From: a virus
Taxonomy: Duplodnaviria; Caudoviricetes
Strand: one strand, 5' to 3'
DNA length: 48,007 nt
IMG/VR virus record: IMGVR_UViG_3300035148_000579
Span: 1 to 48,007 of that record
Below, in pieces: positions 1 through 8,668 of this stretch. Under the pieces are notes generated by a model. That model searched no databases. It had not been told where the DNA came from and saw nothing but the letters and a program-made list of their open reading frames with translations. Both the position numbers and the translations under genes were made by a program. Every line of letters begins with the position of its first letter. The first letter of the stretch is position 1.

Positions 1-7
1 ATGGGGC

Positions 8-760
8 GTGTTCATCGGCACGGCCGGAACGACCGCGGGGGCGTTCGGCGGCATCCTGTACCTGAACTACACGAGCCCCATCGACTTCGTGCACGGTGGC
101 CCGGGTGCGCACAACCAGTCGCTCTACTTCGCGGTGCAGGATTCGCAAGCCAGCGGCAACATCAGCACCATCGCGGCGAAGCAGGCGATCTACCTGCCCG
201 ATACTTACTGGTATCGGAATAACTTCGGGTTCTTGTCGAACAACGTGCAAGGGGCGGTGAACACCCCGGCTGGCTACGTGGCGTTTGAAGTTGAATCCGC
301 TTCCGGGGAACTGACTGAGGGCGGGTGGGAAACCGAGGGCATCTGTTACATCACGACTGAGAGCGAGCTCGGGTGGTACCCAGCCTTGATCTGCGTTACT
401 GCGCAGTCCAAGGGCGACTGGGATCGATGGGCGAGTGACCCAGACGCTACCCGGATGTCGCTCACGGCCTCGCGTAGGTGGAAGGTCATCACGGGGCAGA
501 GCGGCACGAGGCCAATGTCTCTTTTGCTGACCAAGCACTCGCTGGTATGGGACTGCACGGGTACGGTCAGCGGGTCGGCGGGCGGCACGGTGAACCTCCA
601 CCTGCACTACCACAATGCTCCGATGGAGCATCTGGCTTCGACTACGCGCGTCGGGAACGGCTCGTACACGATCAAGTGGTACCACAACCTCGATGCGCTG
701 TTCGTGCAGGCGTACGAGGGCGACCCGTACCAAGGCCGTAGCTCTCCCGGAGGGCCGTAA
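8..760 (+). CDS. Virion/fibre-associated protein, probably 5'-truncated by the window edge
   Basis: Frame is open from position 2; beta-rich G/S/T composition; stop is 3 nt before the giant repeat gene. Confidence 0.6.
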   Translation: MFIGTAGTTAGAFGGILYLNYTSPIDFVHGGPGAHNQSLYFAVQDSQASGNISTIAAKQAIYLPDTYWYRNNFGFLSNNVQGAVNTPAGYVAFEVESASGELTEGGWETEGICYITTESELGWYPALICVTAQSKGDWDRWASDPDATRMSLTASRRWKVITGQSGTRPMSLLLTKHSLVWDCTGTVSGSAGGTVNLHLHYHNAPMEHLASTTRVGNGSYTIKWYHNLDALFVQAYEGDPYQGRSSPGGP

Positions 761-763
761 ACC

Positions 764-3700
764 GTGGCCGTTTTCGACATCTGGCTAATAGACCGCGGCG
801 CGGGGAGTATCAATCCGTTCGACCTTCGCTTGGATGCGAAGCCGAACACCGGTACTTCCACCGCCACTATTGGCCTGGATTCGAATACTAGCGGCACGAA
901 CTGCTTTTCTTTCACCAACGCCGGATCCCGGCTGTATCAGAACTCGCTTCCGCTGGAGGCGACGCAGTTCACGGTGTTCGGACGCGCAAAGCGGCTCTCC
1001 GATAACAACGCAAACACCGTCTTTTTCTGCCTGTACGACGATACTGCGGGGGACTACCTCTCCATCGAGACGTCGGCCACCGGCGACGGGTTCCGAATTT
1101 CCGGGCAGAACATCGGGGTTTCGTCGTCTATCGCGACGCTGTCGAACGACACGTGGTTTGATTTCGCGCTCACGACAAACGGCATCGACGCTACGACGCT
1201 GTACTACAAGCTGCGCGGAGCTGGGTCGTGGACCACCGTCTCGCTGGGCCTCGAAACCTTTGTAGAGACCGCGGACCGGCTTTCGTTCGCAAACTTCCCG
1301 GACGGCACCAACACGCCGAACATCGTCCTGGAAGATTTGCGGATCTGGAACTTCACGGCGCTTTCTGACCCGCAACTGCTTGCTGAAGCTGCATCGCGCA
1401 CGCCGGTCATTACTTCAGGACTGTGGGGTGACTGGCGCGGGGAGAACAACACTCTCGACTCGTCCGGCAACGGGCGGCACTTCAACGGCGTCAGCCTCAA
1501 TTACGTTTCGGACGGCTACTCTTCTACGCCGCAGCCCGCGAACGGCACGGTTGCGAATTCCGGGTTCGTCGGCACCAGCACGGTGTCCGTCGCAGCGACG
1601 ACCGGCACGGCCGACGCTACGCACCCGGTGCTGGGCACCAGTACCGCGACGCTCACCACGACGGGTACCGCCGCTGCAACGCACCCGGTGCTGGGCGACA
1701 GCACGGCGTCCGTCGCCGCTACGACCGGCACGGCTGCGGGTACGGCGGTAGCGACAGGCACCAGCACGGCGTCCGTCGCTGCGACAACCGGCACAGCCGC
1801 CGGCGTAGTTCTGTACACAGGCAACAGCACGGTGTCCGTCGCCGCGACGACCGGCACGGCCAGCGCGACGCACCCGGTGCTGGGCACCAGCACGGTGTCC
1901 GTCGCCGCCACGACCGGCACCGCGACGGGCGTCTCCATACTGACGCGGCTGTACTACGTCATCGGCCCCGCCACCGGCTGGGTGGCTCCGTCTGCTGCGC
2001 AGATCAAATCCGGGCTGCTCGGCGGCGGCGGCGCAGCGACTGCCAGCGGCAACGAGTACGCCCCGCTCACGTCGCAGACGTACACCTTCACGGCACCCGC
2101 CACAGGACTGAGCGCGGCGACGCAGTACCGCATTGCCTTCGTCTGGTCCGACGGGACCGCCGACTCGAACGTCGACGTCAGCGCTGCGTTCGGCACGGAC
2201 ATCACCGGCACCAGTACCGTAACTGTCGCAGCCACGACGGGCACCAACAACGGAGCGGTCGAGGTCGCGGGGGCGAGCGCCGTCGCTGTTGCCGCCACGA
2301 CCGGCACCGCTACCGGCGCGCTGGAGGTCGTTGGAACGAGTACCGCTTCCGTCGCAGCGACGACCGGCACGGCTACCGGCACGATCACCTCCGGGGCCGT
2401 CACAGGCGACAGCACGGCGTCCGTAGCCGCCACGACTGGTACCGCGTCCGGTGTTCTGGACGTCACCGGCACCAGCACGGCGTCCGTAGCCGCCACGACC
2501 GGAACTGCTACGGCAGCGGCCGTTGTCGGGGCCGCTTCGCCTGCGGTATCGGCGTTCAGCAAGCTGCAGGCGTCGACGATCTCGCTCGGCTCGTATCAGT
2601 CGTGGGCGGACCCGAACGTCAAGTTTCAGGTCACGCCCGACGGCGTAGATCCGATTTCCAACACAGTCGATCTTGCGTACTGGAACGGAGTAGCGGCTGG
2701 TGGTGACCAGTTCGCAGAGATCACGCTGACCGGCAGCGCTGGTCCGGACTACATCGGTCCTGCCGTGCGCTGTGGCGGCGGCACCAACGGCTACTGGTGG
2801 TACACGGACGGTACCAATTGGTACATGGGCGAGTTGAACAACTCGTCTTACAACGTCTTCCAGAGCGGAACTTCCACCTTCGTCGCTGGTGACGTGCTGC
2901 GGTTGGAGGCCGTCGGCAATACGCTGACGATGTTCCTCAACGGGGTCCAGTTCGGTAGCTCGTTCACCGATACTGCGGCCCCCCACACGACCGGTCGCCC
3001 GGGGGTCTCCGGCTTTAACAACAGCGGCGCTGGGTTCCGCGGTAAGGATTGGCGCGGCGGCTTCATCAATGCGCTGGCTTACACCGGCACCGCTGCGGGC
3101 GGTGTCGTGGCGGCGGGCACCAGTACCGTAGCTGTAGCGGCGACGACCGGTACAGCAGACGGTACTGTGAATTCAGCCGCGATAGCGGGCGACAGCACGG
3201 TGTCCGTCGCCGCCACAACCGGCACCGCGTCCGGTGTTCTGGACGTCACCGGCACCAGCACGGTGTCCGTCGCCGCGACGACCGGCACCGCGTCCGGTGT
3301 TCTGGACGTCACCGGCAACAGCACGGTGTCCATCGCCGCGACGACCGGCACGGCCAGCGCGACGCACCCGGTGCTGGGCACCAGCACGGTGTCCGTCGCC
3401 GCTACGACTGGCACTGCGTCCGGCGCTCTGGACATCACCGGCACCAGCACGGTGTCCGTCGCCGCCACGACCGGCACTGCGTCCGGCGCTCTGGACATCA
3501 CCGGCACCAGCACGGTGTCCGTCGCCGCTACGACCGGCACGGCCAGCGCGACGCACCCGGTGCTGGGCACCAGCACGGCGTCCGTAGCCGCCACGACCGG
3601 CACGGCTGACGGCACAGTGCCGCAGCCTGGGATCAACGGCAGCAGCTCCGTCACCACGGCGGCTGTTACCGGAACCGCCAGCGGTGTTCTGGACATCGCC

Positions 3701-5116
3701 GGCGACAGCGACGCGCTCCTCGACGCCGTTACTGGCACGGCCAGCGCGACGCACCCGGTGCTTGGCGACAGTACGGCGACGTTCGCCACGACCGGCACCG
3801 CTGACGCCACGCACCCCGTGCTGGGTACGAGCACGGCGACGTTCGACACGACTGGTTCGGCGACCGGCTCCCAGACGACGATCTTCGTCGGGGACTCCAA
3901 CGTTACGGTCGCGGCAACGACCGGTACCGCGTCTGGTGTTCTGGCCGTCGCCGGCACCAGCACAGCGTCCGTCGCCGCCACGACCGGCACGGCTGCGGGA
4001 GCCCTCGCGATTGCGGGCGACAGCGATGCGGCACTCGATGCCACGACCGGCACGGCTGACGCTACGCACCCGGTGCTGGGCACCAGCACGGCGACGTTCG
4101 ACACGACGGGCTCCGCCACCGGCTCGCAGCAAGTGGTGTTCCTCGGGGACTCGGACGTCACCGTCGACGCCGTTACGGGTACGGCCAGCGCCACCCACCC
4201 CGTGCTTGGCGACAGCACCGCCACTCTCGCTACGACGGGCACCGCCGACGCAACGCACCCTGTTCTGGGTACGTCGTCGCAGAACCTCAACGCCACGACG
4301 GGCACCGCCGACGGCTTCATTTCGATCCCCGGCGGACTGAACGGGGCGAGCACCGTTACGCTCGACGCCGCCACCGGCACCGCCGCGGGCGTGGTGCGGG
4401 TCAGCGGCACCAGCGCGGCGGCTACGGCCGACGTTACTGGTACGGCCAGCGCCACCCACCCCGTTCTGGGCGCGTCGACAGCCGCCACGGCTGTCACCGG
4501 TACGGCGACGGGCGGACCGGTTGCTACCGGCACGAGCACTGCGACCCTTGCAGCCACGACCGGCACGGCGCTCGGCGGGATTGTCAAGACCGGCACGAGC
4601 ACCGTCACCCTCGCGGCAACGACCGGTGCCGCTACGGGCGTCGTCATTTACACTGGCGTCAGTTCCGTTTCACTTGCGGACATCACAGGTTCCGGCACGG
4701 CGACGCACCCGGTTACGGGCACGTCCGCCAGTGTTGCGTCCAGCACGACTGGCTCCGCAACTGCGTCTCATCCGGTAACGGGGGACTCGGCCGGTTCGAG
4801 TGTTGTCTCGGGAACAACCACAGGCGGCGTCGCTCTCGTAGCATCGTCTACGGTGAGCGCCGCACCTACGACGGGTACGGCGTCCGGTCGCGTCGTCGCG
4901 TCGGCAGTTTCGACGATCTCGTTGAGCAATGTCACGGGGTCGGCGACCGGATTGGTGTCGGCGTTCCTGGCCGTGGGGGTCACAGCGGAGCACACGTACC
5001 GCGTTACTGCGGAGCGACGGGTGCACGTGCTGGCGCGAGAAGTTCGGATTTACGAGGTGCCGGAAGAGGTCCGCACCACGACGGTTGAAGTACGAAACTC
5101 GAAGGTCGCGGTTTAG
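764..5116 (+). CDS. 1450-aa repeat fibre/adhesin-like virion protein with LamG/ConA-like and FN3-like inserts
   Basis: Roughly 40 copies of a 20-21 aa unit (GTSTVSVAATTGTASATHPVL / ...GVLDVT). N-terminal LamG-like segment (FTVFGRAK...WFDFALT...LEDLRIWN...DSSGNGRH). FN3-like segment (TGLSAATQYRIAFV). Second ConA-like segment (GDVLRLEAVGNTLTMFLNG). Confidence 0.8.
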   Translation: MAVFDIWLIDRGAGSINPFDLRLDAKPNTGTSTATIGLDSNTSGTNCFSFTNAGSRLYQNSLPLEATQFTVFGRAKRLSDNNANTVFFCLYDDTAGDYLSIETSATGDGFRISGQNIGVSSSIATLSNDTWFDFALTTNGIDATTLYYKLRGAGSWTTVSLGLETFVETADRLSFANFPDGTNTPNIVLEDLRIWNFTALSDPQLLAEAASRTPVITSGLWGDWRGENNTLDSSGNGRHFNGVSLNYVSDGYSSTPQPANGTVANSGFVGTSTVSVAATTGTADATHPVLGTSTATLTTTGTAAATHPVLGDSTASVAATTGTAAGTAVATGTSTASVAATTGTAAGVVLYTGNSTVSVAATTGTASATHPVLGTSTVSVAATTGTATGVSILTRLYYVIGPATGWVAPSAAQIKSGLLGGGGAATASGNEYAPLTSQTYTFTAPATGLSAATQYRIAFVWSDGTADSNVDVSAAFGTDITGTSTVTVAATTGTNNGAVEVAGASAVAVAATTGTATGALEVVGTSTASVAATTGTATGTITSGAVTGDSTASVAATTGTASGVLDVTGTSTASVAATTGTATAAAVVGAASPAVSAFSKLQASTISLGSYQSWADPNVKFQVTPDGVDPISNTVDLAYWNGVAAGGDQFAEITLTGSAGPDYIGPAVRCGGGTNGYWWYTDGTNWYMGELNNSSYNVFQSGTSTFVAGDVLRLEAVGNTLTMFLNGVQFGSSFTDTAAPHTTGRPGVSGFNNSGAGFRGKDWRGGFINALAYTGTAAGGVVAAGTSTVAVAATTGTADGTVNSAAIAGDSTVSVAATTGTASGVLDVTGTSTVSVAATTGTASGVLDVTGNSTVSIAATTGTASATHPVLGTSTVSVAATTGTASGALDITGTSTVSVAATTGTASGALDITGTSTVSVAATTGTASATHPVLGTSTASVAATTGTADGTVPQPGINGSSSVTTAAVTGTASGVLDIAGDSDALLDAVTGTASATHPVLGDSTATFATTGTADATHPVLGTSTATFDTTGSATGSQTTIFVGDSNVTVAATTGTASGVLAVAGTSTASVAATTGTAAGALAIAGDSDAALDATTGTADATHPVLGTSTATFDTTGSATGSQQVVFLGDSDVTVDAVTGTASATHPVLGDSTATLATTGTADATHPVLGTSSQNLNATTGTADGFISIPGGLNGASTVTLDAATGTAAGVVRVSGTSAAATADVTGTASATHPVLGASTAATAVTGTATGGPVATGTSTATLAATTGTALGGIVKTGTSTVTLAATTGAATGVVIYTGVSSVSLADITGSGTATHPVTGTSASVASSTTGSATASHPVTGDSAGSSVVSGTTTGGVALVASSTVSAAPTTGTASGRVVASAVSTISLSNVTGSATGLVSAFLAVGVTAEHTYRVTAERRVHVLAREVRIYEVPEEVRTTTVEVRNSKVAV
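1570..4980 (+). repeat. Coding tandem repeats, mostly 63-nt period, in three blocks (~1570-1935, ~2200-2530, ~3080-4980)
   Basis: For example ggcactgcgtccggcgctctggacatcaccggcaccagcacggtgtccgtcgccgc occurs at 3410 and again at 3473 (63 nt apart). Confidence 0.9.
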
Positions 5117-5125
5117 GGGAACACG

Positions 5126-5440
5126 ATGGCGGATACGTTCAAGATTGTGGTCGGGAAACCGACCATCGACAAAGACCCGAACGCGGTCCTAGACTACTCG
5201 GTAGATTGGACGGACTGGCTGGCGACAACGTCACCGGTCGACACAATCACCACGCACAACATCCTCCTGCCAGTTGGGTCCGGCCTCACGACGGTCACCA
5301 GCTCGGTAACTGGCGGCGTCGTTACCTTCTGGGTCAGCGGCGGCACAGTCGGCACCACGGAAAAGGTCACGGTCCGGATCACTACGGCGGGAGGCCGCGT
5401 AGATGATCGAACCGTGTACCTGAAGATAAAGGACCGGTGA
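5126..5440 (+). CDS. Fibre-tail adaptor-like small Ig-fold virion protein
   Basis: KDPNAVLDYSVDWTDWL...FWVSGG...ITTAGGRVDDRT pattern recalled from a common phage family; AGGGGA RBS; follows the fibre gene. Confidence 0.7.
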   Translation: MADTFKIVVGKPTIDKDPNAVLDYSVDWTDWLATTSPVDTITTHNILLPVGSGLTTVTSSVTGGVVTFWVSGGTVGTTEKVTVRITTAGGRVDDRTVYLKIKDR

Positions 5441-5802
5441 TGCACGAGGATATGCAGCATCACCTCGAAATGGCAGAGAAAGTGGGCTCCCTAAGCGCTC
5501 AGGTGGAGAGCTTGTCGCGGTCGTTTACAACGCACGCGGCGGAATCGCACATGCGTCAGGAAGCGATCCTGACGGCGATCTCCGCCTTGAAGGAAGTCCA
5601 GCTGGAAGACCCGGACCTGCACCGGATGCACCACCAAGCCCTGCAAGAATTCATCGACCGGGAGAAGAAGCGCAGTGCCTTCCTCGACCGTATCAAATCC
5701 GACGCTGGGAAGAGCGTGCTGTTTGCGATCTTCGGAGCCGTCTTGTACGTCCTATGGGAGGGCGTGAAAGCGTGGGCAAATGGACAAGGTATCCCCAAGT
5801 AG
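5437..5802 (+). CDS. Membrane protein with N-terminal coiled coil and C-terminal TM helix (lysis-associated, holin/antiholin-like)
   Basis: TM-like SVLFAIFGAVLYVLW; GTGA overlap with the previous stop; lies upstream of holin and endolysin. Confidence 0.6.
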   Translation: MMHEDMQHHLEMAEKVGSLSAQVESLSRSFTTHAAESHMRQEAILTAISALKEVQLEDPDLHRMHHQALQEFIDREKKRSAFLDRIKSDAGKSVLFAIFGAVLYVLWEGVKAWANGQGIPK

Positions 5803-5896
5803 CCACCTGCACGAAGCACGTGAGTTCTGGATCCGGATGCTGACTTTCGGAGCCGCAGTGGCTATCGGTTTCTTCCTCGCGTTTTGCGTGTTCTAA
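5780..5896 (+). CDS. 38-aa single-TM peptide (absent from ORF track)
   Basis: Translated by hand: MDKVSPSSHLHEAREFWIRMLTFGAAVAIGFFLAFCVF*. Fills the gap in the lysis cassette; RBS weak. Confidence 0.45.
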   Translation: MDKVSPSSHLHEAREFWIRMLTFGAAVAIGFFLAFCVF

Positions 5897-5908
5897 CCCA
5901 GTCGCTCT

Positions 5909-5917
5909 TGCTAGAAT
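5909..5917 (+). promoter_or_regulatory. Possible extended -10 promoter upstream of holin-endolysin
   Basis: TGcTAGAAT in the intergenic gap; no convincing -35. Confidence 0.25.
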
Positions 5918-5955
5918 CCGGCCGGAGTGGGTGGTCACTCGCCTAGGGGTAAAGT

Positions 5956-6432
5956 ATGTTCGAAATTCTTGGTGCCTTGCTGGGCGGGATCTTCCGGATC
6001 TTTCCGGAAGTCATGAAGTTCTTCGACGCGAAGAACGAACGCGCCCACGAGCTCGACATGCTGAACAAGCAGATCGAGTTCCAGACTGTGACGGGCAAGC
6101 AGAAGATGGACGAGATCCAGGCCACGTCCCAGGCTGCATACGACGTAACCGCCCTCGAATCCCTGAAAGAAGCGATCAAGGCCCAGGGCCAGCTCACCGG
6201 CAACAGCAAGATCGACGCCATCACCCAGACCGTCCGCCCGTTCGCGACCTACCTCCTTCTGGCGCTGTACATCGGCTCCAAGCTGGGCGCAATCGCCCTC
6301 GGCCTCGACCAGGGCATGAAGGCTGCGGACATCCTCGTCTCCATCTACAACCCCGAAGACCGCGCTCTGCTCGCCGGAATCCTGAACTTCTGGTTCCTTT
6401 CCCGCGTGTTTGAGAAGTCTTATGCCAAGTGA
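5956..6432 (+). CDS. Holin (3TM/GTA-holin-like)
   Basis: Hydrophobic N-terminus, VRPFATYLLLALY TM segment, C-terminal ILNFWFLSR; GTGA overlap with the endolysin start. Confidence 0.7.
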   Translation: MFEILGALLGGIFRIFPEVMKFFDAKNERAHELDMLNKQIEFQTVTGKQKMDEIQATSQAAYDVTALESLKEAIKAQGQLTGNSKIDAITQTVRPFATYLLLALYIGSKLGAIALGLDQGMKAADILVSIYNPEDRALLAGILNFWFLSRVFEKSYAK

Positions 6433-6908
6433 CCACGCTCATCGATCCGGCAGCCATCGACCTGATCCTGGGGTTCGAGGGCTGCGAGAAGCGGCGTCCG
6501 GACGGCTCGCTGGAAGCGTATCTGTGCCCAGCGAAGGTCTGGACAATCGGGTGGGGAACGACAGGGCCGAACATCAAGCCCGGGCTCGTGATATCGCGCG
6601 AGGCAGCAGACATGCTGCTGGCGAACGAGCTTAAGAAGGTCATCGCAGGCGTGCTGCGCGCGGTTCAGCCGGCGCAGCGTGTTCGGCTTTTGATGCAACC
6701 GAAGAAGCTCGGTGCGCTGACCAGCTTCGCGTACAACGTCGGCGTGGGGGCCTTTGCTGCGTCCACCATGCGGCGGCTCATAGACCGCAACGACTACGAC
6801 GGTGCAGCGAAGCAGTTCGATGTCTGGATCAATGCGGGCGGAGTTCCGCTCCGTGGGTTGGTGCGTCGCCGCGCAGCGGAACGAGCACTTTTCGAAGCGA
6901 TGGAGTAA
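6429..6908 (+). CDS. Endolysin, GH24 phage lysozyme
   Basis: FEG...AYLCPAKVWTIGWGTT, ALTSFAYNVG, GLVRRRAAERALF; no SAR-type N-terminal TM. Confidence 0.93.
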   Translation: MTTLIDPAAIDLILGFEGCEKRRPDGSLEAYLCPAKVWTIGWGTTGPNIKPGLVISREAADMLLANELKKVIAGVLRAVQPAQRVRLLMQPKKLGALTSFAYNVGVGAFAASTMRRLIDRNDYDGAAKQFDVWINAGGVPLRGLVRRRAAERALFEAME

Positions 6909-6926
6909 CACATCCGGTAGTGCCTA

Positions 6927-7007
6927 GCTGCGGTGGCCTCGGTGAGATCTTGGCAGGGATCACGTAACCGCAGCAGGGGAGTTGGCTTCGCTCCAAGCTG
7001 ACTCCCC
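6927..7007 (+). other. Twin RNA hairpins in the intergenic gap after the endolysin
   Basis: gctgcggt(6927)/accgcagc(6974) with an inner GGCA-capped stem; 13-bp stem ggggagttggctt/aagctgactcccc (6976-7007). G-U pairs work on the + transcript; no U-tract. Confidence 0.55.
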
Positions 7008-7028
7008 ACCCTAACTTTGAGGTGAAGA

Positions 7029-7436
7029 ATGGCGAATGCACTGTACGACAAGGCCCGCGAGCGGTTCCTGACCGGGCAGCTGAACTGGTCGTCGAACACG
7101 ATCAAGGCCGTCCTGGTCACGTCGAGCATCTATACGGTGAACCTGACGTCGCACGAGTTTCTGGCTGACATCGGCCCGTCCGCTCGTATCGCGACCTCGT
7201 CGGCGTTCTCCGGCAAGACGACCACGGGCGGCGCAGCTGACGCGAACGACGTGACGTTCACTTCGGTATCGGGAGCGGTGGTCAACGCCATCGTTCTGTA
7301 CTACGACACCGGGGTGGAGGGGACATCTCCGCTGATTGCGTATATCGACACGGCCACCGGCCTGCCGATTACGCCGAACGGCGGCGACATCATCGTCACG
7401 TGGGATAACGGCTCGAACAAGATCTTCAAATTGTAA
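7029..7436 (+). CDS. Small virion structural protein (fibre-adaptor-like)
   Basis: MANALYDKARERFL...DANDVTFT...PLIAYID...TPNGGDIIVTW, a pattern recalled from phage structural genes; GAGGTG RBS. Confidence 0.7.
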   Translation: MANALYDKARERFLTGQLNWSSNTIKAVLVTSSIYTVNLTSHEFLADIGPSARIATSSAFSGKTTTGGAADANDVTFTSVSGAVVNAIVLYYDTGVEGTSPLIAYIDTATGLPITPNGGDIIVTWDNGSNKIFKL

Positions 7437-7455
7437 GGCCGTAATCCACAGCATC

Positions 7456-7911
7456 GTGGGTGGCGGGCCGGTCAGGTACCAAAAGATCTGCCCGGTCTGC
7501 AACACCGAGTTCGGAGCTCGGTGGGACCGGCAGGTTTGTTGCTCGCGCTCTTGCGCGCGAGCCCGCGACAGCCAGGTGTATGGAAACAACAACTGGAAGG
7601 GCGGTAAGGTAAAGGTCAACGGCTACGTGAAGGAGCGGGCGAAGGACCACCCACACGCCGACAACGGCGGGTACGTCATGCAGCACCGCTTGGTGGTGGA
7701 GCGGCAGCTCGGTCGGTTCCTGCACCCCCGCGAGCGAGTCCACCACAAGAACGGGAAGCGGCACGACAACCGCCCCGAGAACCTGGAGCTGTGGACGCTC
7801 GGACGGAAAGATCCGGCGGGCGTTAGGGTGGAGGACTTGCTACGTGAGATGATTCACCAGCATCCTGAACTGGCCGAAAAAATTCTGAAGGAACGCGACC
7901 CCGATGCCTAG
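7456..7911 (+). CDS. Free-standing HNH endonuclease with N-terminal Zn ribbon (start uncertain)
   Basis: CPVC...CCSRSC, NNWKGG, HRLVVERQLGR...VHHKNGKRHDNRPENL. GTG 7456 chosen because the track start (7336) lies inside the previous gene. Confidence 0.85.
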   Translation: MGGGPVRYQKICPVCNTEFGARWDRQVCCSRSCARARDSQVYGNNNWKGGKVKVNGYVKERAKDHPHADNGGYVMQHRLVVERQLGRFLHPRERVHHKNGKRHDNRPENLELWTLGRKDPAGVRVEDLLREMIHQHPELAEKILKERDPDA

Positions 7912-8668
7912 CGCCTATAGTGCCCTTCTCCGTCTGGAAAAGATGGCGGCCGGCGAGAACGACGGCACGTGGGGCCCCATCGCGAATACGAACTTCGCGG
8001 ACCTCATGGAGCGAGCCGTAGCGGGTATGGTTTCGCTCGCCATGGCCGATGCGAACTACACGCTGTCGGCGAACAACGGCGCGGATGACGAGGCGCGGTA
8101 CAAGATACTGAAGGCGACCGGCGCAAACACCGCGACGCGCGACATCATCGTGCCGGCGGTATCGCACGTCTACGTTGTGTGGAATGCGACGACCGGCGGC
8201 CAGATCGTGCGGGTCAAGACCTCGGGCGGCGTCGCCGCACAGGTTCCGAACGGCACGGCCATCCTCGTCTTCTGCGACGGCACGGACTGTTACGCAGCGT
8301 CGGGCGCGGGTGGCGGTTCGAGCAAAGTTACCGCGTCGGCGGTGTCCTTGGGCACGCAGGTGGGCGTGCAAACTGCGTGGACGTACTACACGATCCCGAC
8401 CGTATGTGCGCGCGGGATGGTGTCGCAGTTCAAGATCACGGCGAGCGCAGCAGGCAGATTCGACGTGTGCGCACGCGGCGCTGCGAACGATGGCGGGCAA
8501 CTATATTTCCTGGCGCAGGATATTCAGCGTTCGTCGTACGAGATCACCATGCCGTGGTACTACGAGAATGACGCAGCGGGCCAGCAGCTCTATGTTGGTG
8601 TCAAGAACCTGCAGGGCGGGTCGTTTACGTTTACGCTCGCCAACCTGCGCGTGGAGAAATTCGCATGA
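7904..8668 (+). CDS. Tail fibre-like protein with conserved N-terminal anchoring domain
   Basis: MPSAYSALLRLEKMAAGENDGTWG...VVWNATTGG...CDGTD N-terminus typical of phage fibre proteins; GGGSS linker, then a beta-rich domain. Confidence 0.6.
   Translation: MPSAYSALLRLEKMAAGENDGTWGPIANTNFADLMERAVAGMVSLAMADANYTLSANNGADDEARYKILKATGANTATRDIIVPAVSHVYVVWNATTGGQIVRVKTSGGVAAQVPNGTAILVFCDGTDCYAASGAGGGSSKVTASAVSLGTQVGVQTAWTYYTIPTVCARGMVSQFKITASAAGRFDVCARGAANDGGQLYFLAQDIQRSSYEITMPWYYENDAAGQQLYVGVKNLQGGSFTFTLANLRVEKFA

Noticed and set aside
1415-4647. Long antisense and alternate-frame ORFs (523, 522, 428 aa)
   Set aside because: Shadows of the GC-rich repeat gene; they mirror its repeat and lack independent motifs.
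1570-4980. Regular repeats resembling a CRISPR array
   Set aside because: Units are in-frame, vary mainly at synonymous sites and reuse the same variable parts; there are no unique spacers.
764-5116. Diversity-generating retroelement TR/VR pair
   Set aside because: No reverse transcriptase in the window, and repeat differences are not adenine-specific.
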